The notes under the pieces were generated by a model. It did no database searches and was not told where the DNA came from. It saw nothing but the letters and a program-made list of their open reading frames with translations. From NCBI GenBank assembly GCA_964016885.1, contig OZ024760.1:32674001-32738000 (forward strand): a DNA stretch of 64,000 nucleotides, given 5' to 3'. Positions 62,565 through 64,000 of this stretch are shown here, piece after piece; position 1 is the stretch's first letter, and each line of letters opens with the position of its first letter. This DNA comes from Eledone cirrhosa (taxonomy: Eukaryota). The position numbers and the translations under genes are program-made.

Positions 62565-64000
62565 GTTGTGTAGGTCACAAGACAGAAATCACCGAGTCCA
62601 CCCTGTACAGTGGTTGTGCAGGTCTCAAGACAGAAAGCACCCGTTCCACACTGTACAGTGGTTGTGTAGGTCTCAAGGCAGAAAGCACCCAGTACTCACT
62701 GTACAGTGCTTGTGTAGGTCTCAAGACAGAAAGCACCCAGTACTCACTGTACAGTGGTTGTGCAGGTCTCAAGTCAGAAATCACCCAGTCCACCCGGTAC
62801 AGTGGTTGTGTAGGTCTCAAGTCAGAAAGCACCCAGTCCACCCTGTACAGTGGTTGTGTAGGTCTCAAGTCAGAAAGCACCCAGTCCACCCTGTACAGTG
62901 GTTGAGTAGATCTCAAGACAGAAAGCACCCAGTCCACTCTGTACAGTGGTTGTGTAGGTCAAGACAGAAAGCACCCAGTCCACACTGTATAGTGGTTGTG
63001 TAGGTCTCAAGACAGAAAGCACCCAGTCCTCCCTGTACAGTGGTTGTTTAGGTCTCAAGACAGAAAACACCCGGTCCACACTGTACAGTGGTTGTGTAGG
63101 TCTCAAGACAGAAAGCACCCAGTCCACCCTGTACAGTGGTTGTGTAGGTCTCAAGTCAGAAAGCACCTAGTCCAGCCTGTACAGTGGTTGTGTAGGTCTC
63201 AAGTCAGAATTCACCCAGTCCACCCTGTACAGTGGTTGTGTAGGTCTCAAGACAGAAATCACCCAGTCCACCATGTACAGTGATTGTGTAGATCTCAAGA
63301 CAGAAAGCACCCAGTCCACCCTGTACAGTGGTTGTGTAGCTCTCAAGACAGAACGCACCCAGTCCACCCTGTACAGTGGTGGTGTAGGTCTCAAGACAGA
63401 AATCACCCAGGCCACCATGTACAGTGGTTGTGTAGGTCTCAAGACAGAAAGCACCCAGTCCACCCTGTACAGTGGTTGTGTAGGTCTCAAGACCGAAAGC
63501 AATCAGTCCACACTGTACAGTGGTTGTGTAGGTCTCAAGACAGAAAGCACCCAGTCCACCCTGTACAGTGGTTGTGTAGATCTCAAGACAGAAATCACGC
63601 AGTCCACCCTGTACAGTGGTTGTGTAGGTCTCAAGACAGAAAGCACCCAGTCCACCCTGTACAGTGGTTGTGTAGGTGTCAAGACAGAAAGCACCCAGTC
63701 CACAGTGTACAGTGGTTGTGTAGGTCTCTAGACAGAAAGCACCCAGTCCATCCTCTACAGTGGTTGTGTAGGTCTCAAGACAGAAAGCACCCAGTCCACC
63801 CTGTACGGTGGTTGTGTAGGTCTCAAGACAGAAAGCACCCAGTCCACCCTGTACAGTGGTTGTGTAGGTGTCAAGACAGAAAGCACCCAGTCCACACTGT
63901 ACAGTGGTTGTGTAGGTCTCAAGACAGAAATCACCCAGTCCACCCTGTACAGTGGTTGTGTAGGTCTCAAGACAGAAAGCACCCAGTCCACCCTGTACAG

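Larger units (their letters stand above)
1..64000. repeat. 48-bp tandem repeat (satellite / very large minisatellite) array, ~1334 head-to-tail monomers, running off both window edges
   Basis: Seen directly: the consensus GTTGTGTAGGTCTCAAGACAGAAAGCACCCAGTCCACCCTGTACAGTG recurs every 48 bp from position 1 to the end, usually with only a few substitutions per unit. The phase shifts from +1 to -29 (mod 48), matching 30 bp of observed deletions (1334x48 - 2 - 30 = 64000). The consensus contains a BsaI site (GGTCTC) and a BsrGI/RsaI site (TGTACA/GTAC). Confidence 0.99.

Noticed and set aside
2-63991. Long ORFs up to 1230 aa on both strands (repeats CRSQDRKHPVHPVQWL, SGCVGLKTESTQSTLY, LRPTQPLYRVDWVLSV, ETYTTTVQGGLGAFCL)
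   Set aside because: 48 is divisible by 3, and a random 16-codon unit is stop-free with probability ~0.46 per frame, so 4 of 6 open frames is unremarkable. Stops and frameshifts are copied freely inside the duplications, most starts are non-ATG, and there is no unique N- or C-terminal sequence or synonymous bias.
1-64000. CRISPR array (conserved part plus variable part)
   Set aside because: The variable portion differs only by point substitutions from one consensus. There are no unique spacers, leader or cas genes.
1-64000. Immunoglobulin class-switch region (S-gamma has ~49-bp repeats)
   Set aside because: The consensus lacks AGCT/GAGCT and GGGGT motifs, there is no strongly G-rich strand, and the array is much longer than known switch regions.
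1-64000. G-quadruplex, Chi or Jeffreys-core motifs on the minus strand (AGGGTGGACTGGGTG); telomeric repeat; CENP-B box
   Set aside because: There are only two GGG runs per monomer with long gaps between monomers. There is no exact GCTGGTGG, no TTAGGG and no TTCG....A..CGGG, so the resemblance is too weak to report.

Overview
The whole 64 kb window is one uninterrupted head-to-tail tandem array of a 48-bp monomer (consensus GTTGTGTAGGTCTCAAGACAGAAAGCACCCAGTCCACCCTGTACAGTG, 25/48 GC, no CpG). Tracking the repeat phase gives 1334 monomers, the last cut 2 bp short by the window edge. Of these, 24 are shortened by 1-2 bp (30 bp in total), and I saw no insertions, inversions or foreign DNA. It looks like eukaryotic, probably vertebrate, satellite or large-minisatellite DNA; I cannot name the family or species. 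All listed ORFs are artefacts of a 48-bp (16-codon) unit that is stop-free in 4 of 6 frames. No gene, RNA gene, CRISPR array or transposon is supported. The informative structure lies in the monomer variants: nested higher-order duplications (4-, 6-, 9-, 35-, 52-, ~80-, 87-, ~100-mers), shuffled variant modules, a change of variant subfamily near 46.5-48 kb, and CG/CA/TG triads pointing to decay of methylated CpG. The most speculative lead is that each monomer resembles a V(D)J 23-RSS (CAC-heptamer, 24-bp spacer, ACAGAAAGC nonamer), and a recurring variant carries a perfect CACAGTG heptamer.
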